In this document: piece after piece, positions 8,567 to 18,764 of the stretch | Layout: every line of letters begins with the position of its first letter | Position numbering within the stretch: the first letter of the stretch is position 1 | Origin: Occultella glacieicola | Lineage (GTDB): Bacteria > Actinomycetota > Actinomycetes > Actinomycetales > Beutenbergiaceae | Assembly: GCF_004353825.1 (NCBI RefSeq) | Contig: NZ_SMNA01000001.1 | Coordinates: 434,001-498,000 of the forward strand | Length of the DNA stretch: 64,000 bases | Reading direction: 5' to 3' | Made by a program: the position numbers and the translations under genes | Notes under the pieces: model-generated | What the model saw: the letters and a program-made list of their open reading frames with translations, nothing else | What the model was told of the DNA's origin: nothing | The model's database searches: none

Positions 8567-9100
8567 TCAGACCCTCGAGGGCCACCTGTGCTGCATCCAC
8601 TCCGCCCACGAGGCGAAGCCGGTCGGCGGTGAATCGATCGGCTCAGTGCCGTTCAGTTCTCCTGGTGTCGGCACGTCGAAGCGGCTTGCCCAGTCCCTCA
8701 GTTCGGCTTCGGATATCGGCCACGTCGAGCCAGGGTCCGAGGCGAGTCGGAGGTCGTGGCGTCGTCGCTGCTCCTCCACGCCGATCGGGGCGTACCACAG
8801 GACCACGGAGCCGCCTGCCTGGTCCCCGGCGTACCGCAGAGCCGATCGTTCGGCACGGCTCCAGAGACCGAAATCGAGTGCGACGTTGACTCCGAGACGC
8901 ACGGCGCGCAGCGCGATCGCCACGAGCCGGCCTTCGATGACGTCGCTGGCCGACGACGGATTCTCGGCGCCGTAGAGCGCCTTCATCCACTCGTCCTTGG
9001 TCAGTCGAATCGCCTCGTGCTCGACCTCGAACCGGCGTGCTGCGGTCGTCTTCCCGCAGCCTGGCAAGCCGACCGTCAGGAACAAGGTGGGCCCGGTCAT
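8567..9100 (-). CDS. AAA_33-type P-loop kinase/ATPase
   Basis: Walker A GLPGCGKTT, RLTKDEW, VALDFGLWSRAER. Confidence 0.85.
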   Translation of the reverse strand: MTGPTLFLTVGLPGCGKTTAARRFEVEHEAIRLTKDEWMKALYGAENPSSASDVIEGRLVAIALRAVRLGVNVALDFGLWSRAERSALRYAGDQAGGSVVLWYAPIGVEEQRRRHDLRLASDPGSTWPISEAELRDWASRFDVPTPGELNGTEPIDSPPTGFASWAEWMQHRWPSRV

Positions 9101-9112
9101 GATGGGCGATCC

Positions 9113-9589
9113 TCACACGCCGTCGCCCGGCCCCACCAGGCGCGCCGGGAACCCGCCGGTGGCGATCGGACCCCAGGTCTCGATCGTGATCCGGATCAGC
9201 GACTTCGCCTGCCGGCGCATCGCCTCGCGGTACTCGTCCCAGTCCGGGTGCTCGCCGGAGATGCACCGGAAGTACTCCACCAGCGGCTCCACGGAGTCCG
9301 GCGGGTCGATGACCTCGGCTGTGCCGTTGACCTGCACCCAGGCGTCCCCGAACTTCTCGGACAGGACGCACACCGACGCGGCCGGCCGCTTGCGCAGGTT
9401 CACGGCCTTCGCCCGGTCCGGGTACGTCGAGATCACAAGCCGGCCGCCGGTGTCCAGGCCGCAGGTGGCCGGGGAGAGTTGCGGGCTGCCGTCGTCCCGG
9501 GTGGTGAGCAGGATGCCCTGGTGGCGGGTCCGGACGAAGTCCTCGAGCTCGGTGCGTGAGACGGTGGTGTTCGTGGCGATCTGGGGCAC
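9113..9589 (-). CDS. PPOX-class F420-dependent oxidoreductase
   Basis: LLTTRDDGSPQLSP, RAKAVNLRKRP, GEHPDWDEYREAM. Confidence 0.9.
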   Translation of the reverse strand: MPQIATNTTVSRTELEDFVRTRHQGILLTTRDDGSPQLSPATCGLDTGGRLVISTYPDRAKAVNLRKRPAASVCVLSEKFGDAWVQVNGTAEVIDPPDSVEPLVEYFRCISGEHPDWDEYREAMRRQAKSLIRITIETWGPIATGGFPARLVGPGDGV

Positions 9590-9635
9590 GGGGACTCCTC
9601 GGGTCAGCTGCGGCGGTCGGGACCAACGTAGGCGA

Positions 9636-10637
9636 TCAGACCAGTGCCGTCGTCGGGGCGACCAGCGTCTCCACCTCGGCGACGGCGTCGGCCAGGTCCG
9701 TCTGCTCGATCGGCCACAGGTCCACGCCCACCTCGAGCGTGGACCCCGATCCCGGCGTGAACACGATGCCCCGCAGCGGGGACACGTCCCGGTAGTCCCG
9801 GCCCCAGCCGAGCACCACGTACCGGGCGTCGATGAACTGGTCGTTCGTGGGATCGGTGTTCAGCCAGCCCCCGCCGGGCAGCCACACCGACGCCCACGCG
9901 TGCGAGGCGTCCACCCCGCGCAGCTTCTCCCGGCCGGGCGGCGGCATCGTCTCCAGGTAGCCGGACACGTACCGGGCGGCCAGACCCATCGAGCGCACGC
10001 AGCCGATCAGCAGGTGCGCGAAGTCCTGGCACACCCCGGCCCGCCCGGCGAGCACCTCCGGCAGCGTGGTGGACACCGACGTCGCGCCCGGGCGATAGGT
10101 GAAGTCGGTGTGGATCCGGGTGGCGAGCTCGGCCACCACCTGCGCCACCGGGCGGCCCGGCTCGAACGACGGCAACGCGTACTCGCGCACCTCCTCGCTC
10201 AGTTCGACCATCGGCGAGGCCAGCCGGGACTCCGCGATCGAGACCGCCGCACCCGGCCCGCCCATCGGGTCCCCGGGGGCCACCGGCCGCAGCGTCCGCA
10301 CCTGCTGGGCGACCTGCTCCCACGGCACCGGGGGCAGCCGGGCCGGATCCGCCCGGCGGCGCCCGGTCGAGACGACCGAGTGGCCCGTGACCCGCAGCCG
10401 CCGGTGCGGCTGCGTGACGTGGAAGTAGGTGGAACGGTTGCCGCCCCAGTCCTTGTGCTCGGCGACCACGTCCGCGCCGGGTTCGACCACCAGCCCGCTC
10501 GCGTGCACCTGCTGCCCGGCGCCGCGGCGCGGCAGCAACAGCGCACGCCCGTAGGAGGCCGTGACCTCCTCCGGGTAGGTGTAGGTGGTCGTGTGGGTGA
10601 GCCGGTAGTGCAGGTCGCCCTGGTGCGCCCTGCTCAC
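9636..10637 (-). CDS. Transglutaminase family protein (bacterial transglutaminase N-terminal domain + core)
   Basis: GTG 10637 overlaps the upstream stop; YRLTHTTTYTY N-domain; catalytic GVCQDFAH, SHAW, DPTN; GRDYRDVSP. Confidence 0.9.
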   Translation of the reverse strand: MSRAHQGDLHYRLTHTTTYTYPEEVTASYGRALLLPRRGAGQQVHASGLVVEPGADVVAEHKDWGGNRSTYFHVTQPHRRLRVTGHSVVSTGRRRADPARLPPVPWEQVAQQVRTLRPVAPGDPMGGPGAAVSIAESRLASPMVELSEEVREYALPSFEPGRPVAQVVAELATRIHTDFTYRPGATSVSTTLPEVLAGRAGVCQDFAHLLIGCVRSMGLAARYVSGYLETMPPPGREKLRGVDASHAWASVWLPGGGWLNTDPTNDQFIDARYVVLGWGRDYRDVSPLRGIVFTPGSGSTLEVGVDLWPIEQTDLADAVAEVETLVAPTTALV

Positions 10638-13207
10638 GGCGCGCTCCCGTACGCGGCGGAACCTGCGCCGTCGGGCGGCTTCGTATCCGGCCCGACGGCG
10701 CCGGGCCGGTCGGTCTCGTCGGCTCGCGGTACCCAGGTGCCCGCCGCGTCGAGCCACTCGGCCGGCATCGGCCGGGCGAAGTGCGCCTTCGCGATCTCCG
10801 CGCCGAGCTCCTCGAGGCGCCAGCGCAGCGACTCCAGCGCCTCGGCGAGCCGGGGCCTGGCCCCGCTCCCGTCCGGGGCGACGGCGGCCACCGGGTCGAA
10901 CTCGGCGAGCAGGTCGACCAGGTCCGCGAGCAGCCGGTCGCGGGCCAGCACCCGCGGCGCGGGCGTCGGCAGGGCCGCGAACCCGGCGCCGATCCGGGAC
11001 ACCTGGTGTGCCAGCGAGCGCGGGTTCCGCTCGTCCAGGAGCAGCAGCTCGCAGAACGTGTCCAGGCGGGCGTGGGTCTGCCACCGGCGCCGGTAGGTGA
11101 TCACGGACTCGTGCGCGATCAGCAGGGACTCCAGCACGAGCGAGTCGACCGCCGGGTCCCGGTGCGTGGTCACGGTGGCCAGGAGGGTGCGGACCAGCTG
11201 CTGGGCACGCTCGATCCGGCGTCCGATGTCCATCAGGGTCCAGCCGACGTCGCGGACCATCGACTCCGCGCCGATGCCGGCCAGGGCCAGCGACCCCTCG
11301 AGCGCCCGGGTCAGCACCGGGCCGAGACCGCCGTCGGAGGAACCCAGCTGGGAACGGCGGGCGCGCTCGCGGTTCAGGGCGCGCTCGATCGACCCCATCG
11401 CGATCCAGGTGTCCGGCGCCAACTGGTCGCGCACGGCGGTCGCGGACCGGGTCATGGCGTCCACGGCGTAGGCCACGGTGCCCGGGCGGGCGGCGTCGGT
11501 CACGAGCTCGGACAGGCTCCCGGTCGTGGTGACCTGCTCGAGAGCGGCGGTGAGCACCGCCAGCGCCTGCCCGCCGTGGCTGCCGGGGGCGAGGTGGTCG
11601 TCGTCCCACCGGTCGGTGACCGCCCGGACCAGGCGGATCGTGGCCTCGGTCCGCTCGGCGTAGCGTCCGAACCAGAACAGGTCCTCCGCGGCGCCCGCCG
11701 AGATCGACTTCGCGGTGGGCCGGCGCGGACCGTCCGGCGCGCCGTCCCGCAGCCACGGGTCGCTGATCGGCTGCGGCTCGGCGGACAGGATCCACACATC
11801 CTTGGCCACGGCCCCGAGCGTCACCCGGGCCACCGTCTGGGCGTGTTCGGGGGTCACCCGGGCCAGCGCCCCGGACAGCACCTGGTAGCCGCTCGGCCGC
11901 GCCACCGCGAACGTACGCAGCACGGTGGAACGGGCCTCGAGCGCGCCGGCGCCCACCGACGGCGTGGTGGAGGCGTCCACCGGCTCCTGTCCCACCCACC
12001 GGTGCGGCTCGGCGGAGATCCGCACGGCCAGGTCCGCGCGCTCGCCGACGCTCAGCTCCCACCCGTTGTACTCCGGCCCACCGGACTCGGTCGTCTTGAG
12101 CACCAGACGGTCCAGGTTCGCGATCACGTGCGAGCACATGCTGCGCTTGCCGCACCAGTAGGTGACCGCCGACCCGAGCAGCAGGTCGGTGCCGAGCAGC
12201 TCCCGGCACAGCCTCGGCAGGTACGTGAGCAGCGCCGGGTTCTCGAGCACGCCGCTGCCGAAGGTGTTCACCACGGTCACCGCGCCGGAGCGGGCCGCGT
12301 GCACGAGTCCCGGCACCCCGAGCTTGGAGTCGCCGCGCAGGTCGAGCGGGTCGCAGTAGGCGCCCTCGACCCGGCGGATCAGGACGTCCACCGGCTCCGG
12401 CTCGTCGAGGGAGCGCAGCCAGAGCCGCCCGTCCGAGACCACCAGGTCCTCGCCCTCGACCATCGGGTAGCCGAGCATCGTGGCCAGGTAGCCCTGGTCG
12501 AACGTGGTCCGTGAGCGCGGCCCGGAGGTGAGCAGGGCGACCCGCGGCGCGTCCCCGGCCGAGGGCGGTGCCACGTCATGCAGGGCGAGCCGCATGGCGT
12601 GGTAGAACGGCCCGAGCCTGCGGATCCGGGCCTGCCGGTACAGGCCGGCGAGCACCTGCGCGATCACCCGCCGGTTCTCCATCGCGAACCCCAGACCGGT
12701 GGGTGCCTGGGTGCGGTCGGCGAGGACCAGCCAGGAGCCGTCCGCGTTGCGGGCCAGGTCCGCGCCGTGCAGGAACAACTGGTGCGGCCCCGGGATCGTG
12801 ATGCCGTCCGCGGCCCGCAGGAAGCCCGGGTGGGCCAGCACGATCTCGGCCGGGAGGGCGCCGGAGCTGAGCAGCCGGCGCTGGGTGTACAGGTCGGTCA
12901 CGATCGCGTCCAACAGGTGCGCGCGCTGGCGCAGCGCCGCCTCGAGACCGGCCCACTCCACCTCGTCCAGCAGGACCGGCAGCGGGTCGAGCAGCCAGGG
13001 CCGGTCCTGCGGGTCCGCGCCGTAGCGGACGCCATGGTCCTCCAGCAGCGCCTGCACGTCCGCCCGGCGGCCGGCCAGCTGCTCCCAGGACCCGACCCCG
13101 GCCAGATCCGCGAGCTGGTCCCACGCCGCCCGGGCCGCGCCGCTGGACTGCAGCATCTCGTCGTGCCCCGGACCACCGGCACGGTAGCTGGCCAGCAGAT
13201 CGGTCAC
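10634..13207 (-). CDS. Circularly permuted type-2 ATP-grasp protein fused to alpha-E domain
   Basis: DRTQAPTGLGFAMENR, DPLDLRGDSKLGVPGL, KDVWI; alpha-E motifs FWFGRYAERTE, GRRIERA, NPRSL. Confidence 0.9.
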   Translation of the reverse strand: MTDLLASYRAGGPGHDEMLQSSGAARAAWDQLADLAGVGSWEQLAGRRADVQALLEDHGVRYGADPQDRPWLLDPLPVLLDEVEWAGLEAALRQRAHLLDAIVTDLYTQRRLLSSGALPAEIVLAHPGFLRAADGITIPGPHQLFLHGADLARNADGSWLVLADRTQAPTGLGFAMENRRVIAQVLAGLYRQARIRRLGPFYHAMRLALHDVAPPSAGDAPRVALLTSGPRSRTTFDQGYLATMLGYPMVEGEDLVVSDGRLWLRSLDEPEPVDVLIRRVEGAYCDPLDLRGDSKLGVPGLVHAARSGAVTVVNTFGSGVLENPALLTYLPRLCRELLGTDLLLGSAVTYWCGKRSMCSHVIANLDRLVLKTTESGGPEYNGWELSVGERADLAVRISAEPHRWVGQEPVDASTTPSVGAGALEARSTVLRTFAVARPSGYQVLSGALARVTPEHAQTVARVTLGAVAKDVWILSAEPQPISDPWLRDGAPDGPRRPTAKSISAGAAEDLFWFGRYAERTEATIRLVRAVTDRWDDDHLAPGSHGGQALAVLTAALEQVTTTGSLSELVTDAARPGTVAYAVDAMTRSATAVRDQLAPDTWIAMGSIERALNRERARRSQLGSSDGGLGPVLTRALEGSLALAGIGAESMVRDVGWTLMDIGRRIERAQQLVRTLLATVTTHRDPAVDSLVLESLLIAHESVITYRRRWQTHARLDTFCELLLLDERNPRSLAHQVSRIGAGFAALPTPAPRVLARDRLLADLVDLLAEFDPVAAVAPDGSGARPRLAEALESLRWRLEELGAEIAKAHFARPMPAEWLDAAGTWVPRADETDRPGAVGPDTKPPDGAGSAAYGSAP

Positions 13208-13345
13208 GGTCGCCGTCCTCGGTCGCGGGAATGAACCGAGCCGATCCTATGCCCTAAGTAAAGGACCCGCAGTGGTGCAGCGCCGAGAATTTACCTCGCG
13301 TTGACACGGACGCCCACGAGGTGGTTGCGGGTCATACTTGGCCCC

Positions 13346-14314
13346 GTGTACCGCCTGCCCGCCCCGCTCGCCGCCGCGATCGACGCCGTGGTGGCCGAGC
13401 ACCCCGCGTCGAAGGTCGCCGCGGCCGCGCGGTCGCTGAGCGACCGGTACCTGGCCGACCACGCGGCCACCGCACCGATCATCGACTCCCGGCTGCGGGC
13501 CGCGGCGTACGTGCTGACCAGGATGCCGGCGACCTACGCGGCCGCCCGCGCCGCCGTCGAGCAGGTCCGCCTGAGCGTTCCCGACCTCGACCCGCGCCGC
13601 GTGCTCGACCTCGGCTGCGGCACCGGCGGTGTCAGCGCCGCGGTCGCGGACGCCTTCGACGGCATCGACGAACTCCGCCTGGTCGACTACTCGGCCGACG
13701 CCCTCGCGCTGGCGCAGCGCCTGCTCGCCGGTGCCGGACCGCGCCTGGTCGCCACCCAGCGCCGCCTCGGCGGCAACCCCGTGCCCGACGGCGGAGGCGC
13801 GGTCGATCTCGCGGTGTGCGGTTTCGTGCTGGGCGAGTTGGACGACGCCGCTCGCGCGGCGGTGGTCGCCGAGCTGGTCGCGGCCGCGCCGACGGTCGTC
13901 GTGGTGGAGCCCGGCACCCCGGCCGGGTACCGGAGGATCCTCGCCGCGCGCGAGCAGTTGCTCGCCGCGGGACTGACGCTCGCGGCGCCGTGCCCGCACC
14001 ACGAACCGTGCCCGCTCGCCGGCGACGACTGGTGCCACGCCGTCGCCCGTCTCGAACGGACGGTCGCGCACCGGGAGGCGAAGGGCGGCAGCCGCGACTA
14101 CGAGGACGAGAAGTTCTCCTACGTGGCCGCCACCCGGCTGCCCGTGGCCCGGCCCGCCGCCCGGGTGCTGCGGCACCCCCAGATCCGGCCCGGGCACGTG
14201 CGCCTGGAGCTGTGCCGGGCCGACGGGACCGCGGCCGGGGTGACCGTCTCGAAGAAGCAGGGCGCCGAGTACAAGGCGGCCCGCCGGGTGGCGTGGGGTG
14301 AGGGCTGGGGCTGA
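13346..14314 (+). CDS. Rsm22-family SAM-dependent methyltransferase
   Basis: AYVLTRMPATYAA, VLDLGCGTG, VEPGTPAGY, APCPH..CP, YEDEKFSY; GTG 13346 likely start. Confidence 0.88.
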   Translation: MYRLPAPLAAAIDAVVAEHPASKVAAAARSLSDRYLADHAATAPIIDSRLRAAAYVLTRMPATYAAARAAVEQVRLSVPDLDPRRVLDLGCGTGGVSAAVADAFDGIDELRLVDYSADALALAQRLLAGAGPRLVATQRRLGGNPVPDGGGAVDLAVCGFVLGELDDAARAAVVAELVAAAPTVVVVEPGTPAGYRRILAAREQLLAAGLTLAAPCPHHEPCPLAGDDWCHAVARLERTVAHREAKGGSRDYEDEKFSYVAATRLPVARPAARVLRHPQIRPGHVRLELCRADGTAAGVTVSKKQGAEYKAARRVAWGEGWG

Positions 14315-14397
14315 GTCCTCGAGGACCGGAAACCACTGGCACGAGCGGCGGAAGTGGCGGATGATGGAGGTCACGATCGCCACTGGAGGTGGGGCAC

Positions 14398-15096
14398 ATG
14401 AGTGCCAGCCGAGTTCCCGATCCGGTCCCCGATGTGCTGCCGATGCTCGCCCGGGGCAAACACCGCAATCCGCGCCGCGGCGCCTGCTTCATGGAGCTGG
14501 CGTCCTACCTCGCCGGTGAGCCCTGGACCGACTCACCGGCCTGCACCGACGAGTCGCTCGCGCACCTGGCGCGCCTGGTCAACGACTTCACCCCGGACGC
14601 CCACCGGCCCGCGCTCGCCCCGCTGATCCCGTCGGTGATCGGGCTGCGCGCCCTCGGGCCCGGCTTCGAGGACGAGGTCGCCCTGGTGGCCGCCATGCAC
14701 GCGCTGCCGGTGGCGTCGATGGACCGGCAACGGGGCCTGGCCGTCGGGATGCTGCGCACCCTCGGCCTGGTCGACGCCTACCGGACCCGCGCCGCCGCGG
14801 AGGTCATGCGCAACGCCGCCCTGGAACTGGACACCTACGCCGACGCCAAGCGGTGGGGCCTGGCGTTCGCGGCCCGGATGGGCTCCGGCCCGGTGAACCA
14901 GTCCTCCGCCCAGGTGATCGTCGAGGTCGCCGTCCGCGGCATCGCCGAGGCCTGCGTCCCGGACCCGGCCAACCGGCTGCGGGCCCTGCTCGCCGACGTG
15001 ATCGAGATGGCCCGCGACCGGGCGGGCCTGGCCACCACCGAGCCGGCCCCGCTGACCCCGCAGCAGTGGCACGCGGTGGTGACCACGGCCCGCTGA
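14398..15096 (+). CDS. Conserved actinobacterial hypothetical protein
   Basis: SD GGAGG before ATG; motif GKHRNPRRGACFMELASYLAGEPWTDSPACT; GC-rich third codon positions. Confidence 0.75.
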   Translation: MSASRVPDPVPDVLPMLARGKHRNPRRGACFMELASYLAGEPWTDSPACTDESLAHLARLVNDFTPDAHRPALAPLIPSVIGLRALGPGFEDEVALVAAMHALPVASMDRQRGLAVGMLRTLGLVDAYRTRAAAEVMRNAALELDTYADAKRWGLAFAARMGSGPVNQSSAQVIVEVAVRGIAEACVPDPANRLRALLADVIEMARDRAGLATTEPAPLTPQQWHAVVTTAR

Positions 15097-15210
15097 GCCC
15101 CGACCGGGTCCCCTGACTCGAAGTGCGGGTCCCGTGCGCGGTGATCGGCGGTTCGCATCAGATGCGCCGCGCCGTCTGGCACTGGCCGTACCCTCGGGCG
15201 CGCTAGCGGC

Positions 15211-16001
15211 CTACCGACTCCGGCCCTTGCGGTTCTGACGTTTCGAGGGCCGTCGTGGTCGGTTCGGACGCTGTCGTGGCGCTGCGCCGTCGTCGATGTC
15301 GAGTCGGGTGACGAGGCTTGCGAGGTTTCGAGGAAGCTGGTCGTGCAGGTACCCGGACAGCCAGCTACCGGATGCAGCCGCCGCCCAGACCGGCTCGCGC
15401 CGGGCGCGATCGTCGATCTGCGGCCAGAGGTCGCGCCGGCAGTTGAGCAGATCCTCAAGGACCCCGGCACCGAGGTTGCCCACGATGACCTCGTCGCCCG
15501 ACTCATGTTCAAGGATCGCGTCGAGCAGCGGCAGCGGGTCGTCGGCGCACAGGGCGTAGTCCGGGACCCGGAACAACGGGTCCAGCTCGAACGGCTCGAC
15601 GTGGGTGTCCGTTCGCACGTTGGTGGCATAGGCCTGCGCGAGTTCGACGATCTCGCTCGGTGGCAATTGGTAGACGAACTTGCCGCGACGAAAGCTGAGG
15701 CGCTCGGGCGAGAGCGGCAGCGAGGCCCGCACCGACTCCTTGAGATCGTCGACGAGTTCGCCCAGGAGGTAGTCGACCGGCTCGGGCGCGCTCTCGTCGG
15801 GAGGCGTGATCAGATGAGGGCGGAGCAGAGCGACGAAGGCCGCGAGTTCCTCCTCGGGAATACGAACCGCACAGGTGCCGGCAGTGATTCGCCGTCGAGC
15901 GCATCGATCACAACCTCCGTCCGTTCGACGTCACGCTCGTGGAGTGACACCCCCCGGCCCGTCATGGTGTCCACGAGCAGCTCGAACAGTCGGTCACTCA
16001 T
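15211..16001 (-). pseudogene. Frameshifted gene with DUF6869-like C-terminal domain
   Basis: ORFs 15810..16001 and 15211..15732 join into one ~263 aa frame if one base is added near 15861 (VRFV-IPEEELAAF...); LGAGVLEDLL motif. Confidence 0.6.
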
Positions 16002-16166
16002 CGACGGGTGCCTCCTGCCTGGGGCCGGTGTTCCATCGCGGACGACGCGAGCGCGGCGGCGAGTTCAGCCATCGCTGCCTGAACGGACACGTGGGGCGGC
16101 CGGACCATCGGCGGAATCTTGGCCATCGTATGAGTCCCTCTGAAGCAGGGTGGGTGCCCGAATCCT

Positions 16167-16922
16167 ATGGATCATTGTGCGGTCCGGTCAGTAATCACCC
16201 GTACCCTCGCATCCGTGGATCTCTGGGATGAACTCGGGCAGCGGGTGCTGCCCTCGGCCGCTGCCGTCGCGCTCGACGTGCGGTCGCTGTACCTCGTGCT
16301 CGGTATCGCGCTCGCGGTGGTGGTGATCCGTCCGGCGTGGAACGTGGCGCGCCTCGGCGTGACCCTCGTGCACGAACTCGGGCACGCCCTGGTGGGCGTC
16401 GTGTTCGGCCGCCAGTTCACCGGGTTCGTGCTCCGGGCGGACATGTCCGGGCACGCCGTGACCCGCGGTCCCAGCCGCGGCTTCGGGCGAGCGGCGAGCA
16501 CCTGGGCCGGCTACCCGGCACCCGCCATCGTCGGCACTCTCATGGTCTGGGCCGCCGCACGCGGTTGGGCCGCGCCGGTCCTGACCGCGGTGCTTCTGAT
16601 CCTCGTCCTCTCCTTGATCCGAGTCCGATCGCTCCTGACCGCCGTGGTGATGATCGGCGTGATCGCCGGCACCGGAGCCTTGTGGTGGTGGCGCACCGAC
16701 GCGCTTCAGCAGCAGGTCCTCATCGGCGCCGGCCTGGTGCTCGTGGTCGGCGCGTGGCGGCACGTCGGCGCGGTGCTGCGCGATCGTGGCGGGTCGAGCG
16801 ACCCGGCGGTCTTGGCCTCGTTGACCCGGGTGCCGAAGGCGCTGTGGAACCTCACGTTCCTGCTGGTCTGCGCGGCTGCCTCCTGGGTGTGTGCGGTCGA
16901 GGTGCTCGCGCTTCGCGGTTGA
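16167..16922 (+). CDS. M50B-like membrane metallopeptidase
   Basis: HELGH zinc motif, AGYPAP, SSDPAVL, multiple TM segments; true start may be GTG ~16215. Confidence 0.85.
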   Translation: MDHCAVRSVITRTLASVDLWDELGQRVLPSAAAVALDVRSLYLVLGIALAVVVIRPAWNVARLGVTLVHELGHALVGVVFGRQFTGFVLRADMSGHAVTRGPSRGFGRAASTWAGYPAPAIVGTLMVWAAARGWAAPVLTAVLLILVLSLIRVRSLLTAVVMIGVIAGTGALWWWRTDALQQQVLIGAGLVLVVGAWRHVGAVLRDRGGSSDPAVLASLTRVPKALWNLTFLLVCAAASWVCAVEVLALRG

Positions 16923-16990
16923 CGCGGCCCTTCCGATCGACGCCGCGGGCGGGCCGATGAGTTTCCACGTCCGGGACGGTCCAACTGGGC

Positions 16991-17359
16991 ATGAGCCAAT
17001 TTCTGCTGTCCGTTCCGCACGACTCCGACGAGGAGCCGACCATGGAGACCATGGACCCGGCCGAGCTGGAGGCAGCCATGGCTGCCACCGGTGCGATCAT
17101 CGAGGAGCTGACGTCGACCGGCGCCTTTGTCTTCGCCGGCGGGCTGATGCCGCCATCGAGCGCGATGACGGTCGACAACACCGGCGAGTCGCTGAACACC
17201 GTCAACGGCCCCTTCGTCGATGCCCCCGAGTACCTCGGCGGCTTCTGGATCATCGACGTGGCCGATGAGCAGACCGCCCTTGACTGGGCCGCGCGCGCAT
17301 CGAAGGCCCTCGGCGGCCGGATCGAGGTCAGGGCCTTCCAGGTTCCGCCAGGCGACTGA
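16991..17359 (+). CDS. YciI/DGPF-domain protein
   Basis: NGPFVDAPEYLGGFWIIDV, IEVRAF. Confidence 0.9.
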   Translation: MSQFLLSVPHDSDEEPTMETMDPAELEAAMAATGAIIEELTSTGAFVFAGGLMPPSSAMTVDNTGESLNTVNGPFVDAPEYLGGFWIIDVADEQTALDWAARASKALGGRIEVRAFQVPPGD

Positions 17360-17670
17360 GTTCACTTGTCGAGGGGATTCGGGTGGGCCCCTTACGGGCC
17401 GTCGCTCGATGGCGACATCTGCGCGCGCAACATAGGCGGCGGTATGCCCTATGTCAATACCAACATGGCCGTCCCCGTCCCGTAGCAGTGGTGGGGCGCG
17501 GACTTGGAACCCAGGCCCGTCGGCCTAGACGGTATGTAGCGACCCGGTCGCTGTGACGGGGGTGCGGGCCGGGGCCTCGCTCACGAGATTCGTGGGTTAC
17601 CGAGTAGGGGCTGCCTGCTCGGCCTATCCGACATTCGTGGGAGGCCCCGGAGTTTACCGAGCGTACGAGC

Positions 17671-18729
17671 GTGGGGCTCGACGTGCACGCACGATCGATC
17701 GTTGCAGCAGCGATCGACGGCGTCACGGGCGAGCTCATCCAGTCCAGACTGACCCCGTCGCATGTGCACATCCGCTCCTGGCTCGCCGACCTGCCTGGCC
17801 CAGTGGCGGTGGCCTATGAGGCGGGCCCGACTGGCTTCGGCCTGTCCCGTTCGCTGACCGCGGCGGGGATCAGGTGTGAAGTGGTGGCGCCCTCGAAGTT
17901 GCAGCGCCCCAGCGGTGACCGGGTCAAGACCGATGCCAGGGACGCGGTGCACCTAGCGCGGCTGCTGCGACTGGATGAGTTCACCGCGGTCTGGGTCCCG
18001 ACCCTGGATCAGGAGACCGCCCGTGATCTGGTCCGGGCGCGTGAGGACGCCCGCGGTGACTTGATGCAGGCCCGGCACCGACTCTCCAAGCTGCTGCTGC
18101 GTCAGGGCCTCGTCTACTCCGAAGGCCGCGCCTGGACCGGGGCGCATGAGGCCTGGCTGCGTCGGCAGCGTTTCCAGTCACCGGCGCTGCAGCTGGCGTT
18201 CGAGTCCGACTTCGAAGCCGTGCTCACGGTGCAGGCGCGGCGGGACCGACTCGATGAAGCGATCGCGATGGCCCAGGACAGTGAGTTCACGCCGATTGTG
18301 CGGCGACTGGGCTGTCTGCGAGGGATCAGCAACCTAACCGGGCTGGCTTTGGCGGTCGAGGTCGGCGACTGGCACCGCTTCACCGGTAACAGCATCGGCT
18401 CCTTCGTCGGGCTGGTCCCCTCGGAGTGCTACTCCGGCGCCTCACGGGTACAGGGCTCGATCACCAAGACCGGAAACACCCACCTGCGGCGACTGCTGGT
18501 CGAGGCCGCCTGGCACCACCGCGCCCGCTACGCCATCGGCAAGACCATCCAAGACCGATGGGAGCTGGCTCCAGTGGCCGCCCGCGCCCGCGGAGACGCC
18601 GGGAACCGGCGCCTGCACGCCCGCTGGAACAGTTTCCGCGAACGCCGCAAGCGGCACGTGGTCGCCAACGTCGCCATCGCCCGCGAGCTGTCCGGCTGGT
18701 GCTGGTCCCTGGCCGTTCTCGAGGAGTAG
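17671..18729 (+). CDS. IS110-family transposase/recombinase
   Basis: DEDD RuvC-like motifs GLDVH, YEAGPTG, KTDARDA; C-terminal GLVPSECYSG..GSITKTGN..LRRLLVEAAW; the expected start at 17650 reads GAG. Confidence 0.93.
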   Translation: MGLDVHARSIVAAAIDGVTGELIQSRLTPSHVHIRSWLADLPGPVAVAYEAGPTGFGLSRSLTAAGIRCEVVAPSKLQRPSGDRVKTDARDAVHLARLLRLDEFTAVWVPTLDQETARDLVRAREDARGDLMQARHRLSKLLLRQGLVYSEGRAWTGAHEAWLRRQRFQSPALQLAFESDFEAVLTVQARRDRLDEAIAMAQDSEFTPIVRRLGCLRGISNLTGLALAVEVGDWHRFTGNSIGSFVGLVPSECYSGASRVQGSITKTGNTHLRRLLVEAAWHHRARYAIGKTIQDRWELAPVAARARGDAGNRRLHARWNSFRERRKRHVVANVAIARELSGWCWSLAVLEE

Positions 18730-18764
18730 CCCACCGCTTCGCCGACCAACGTGGTGCAAGCAGC

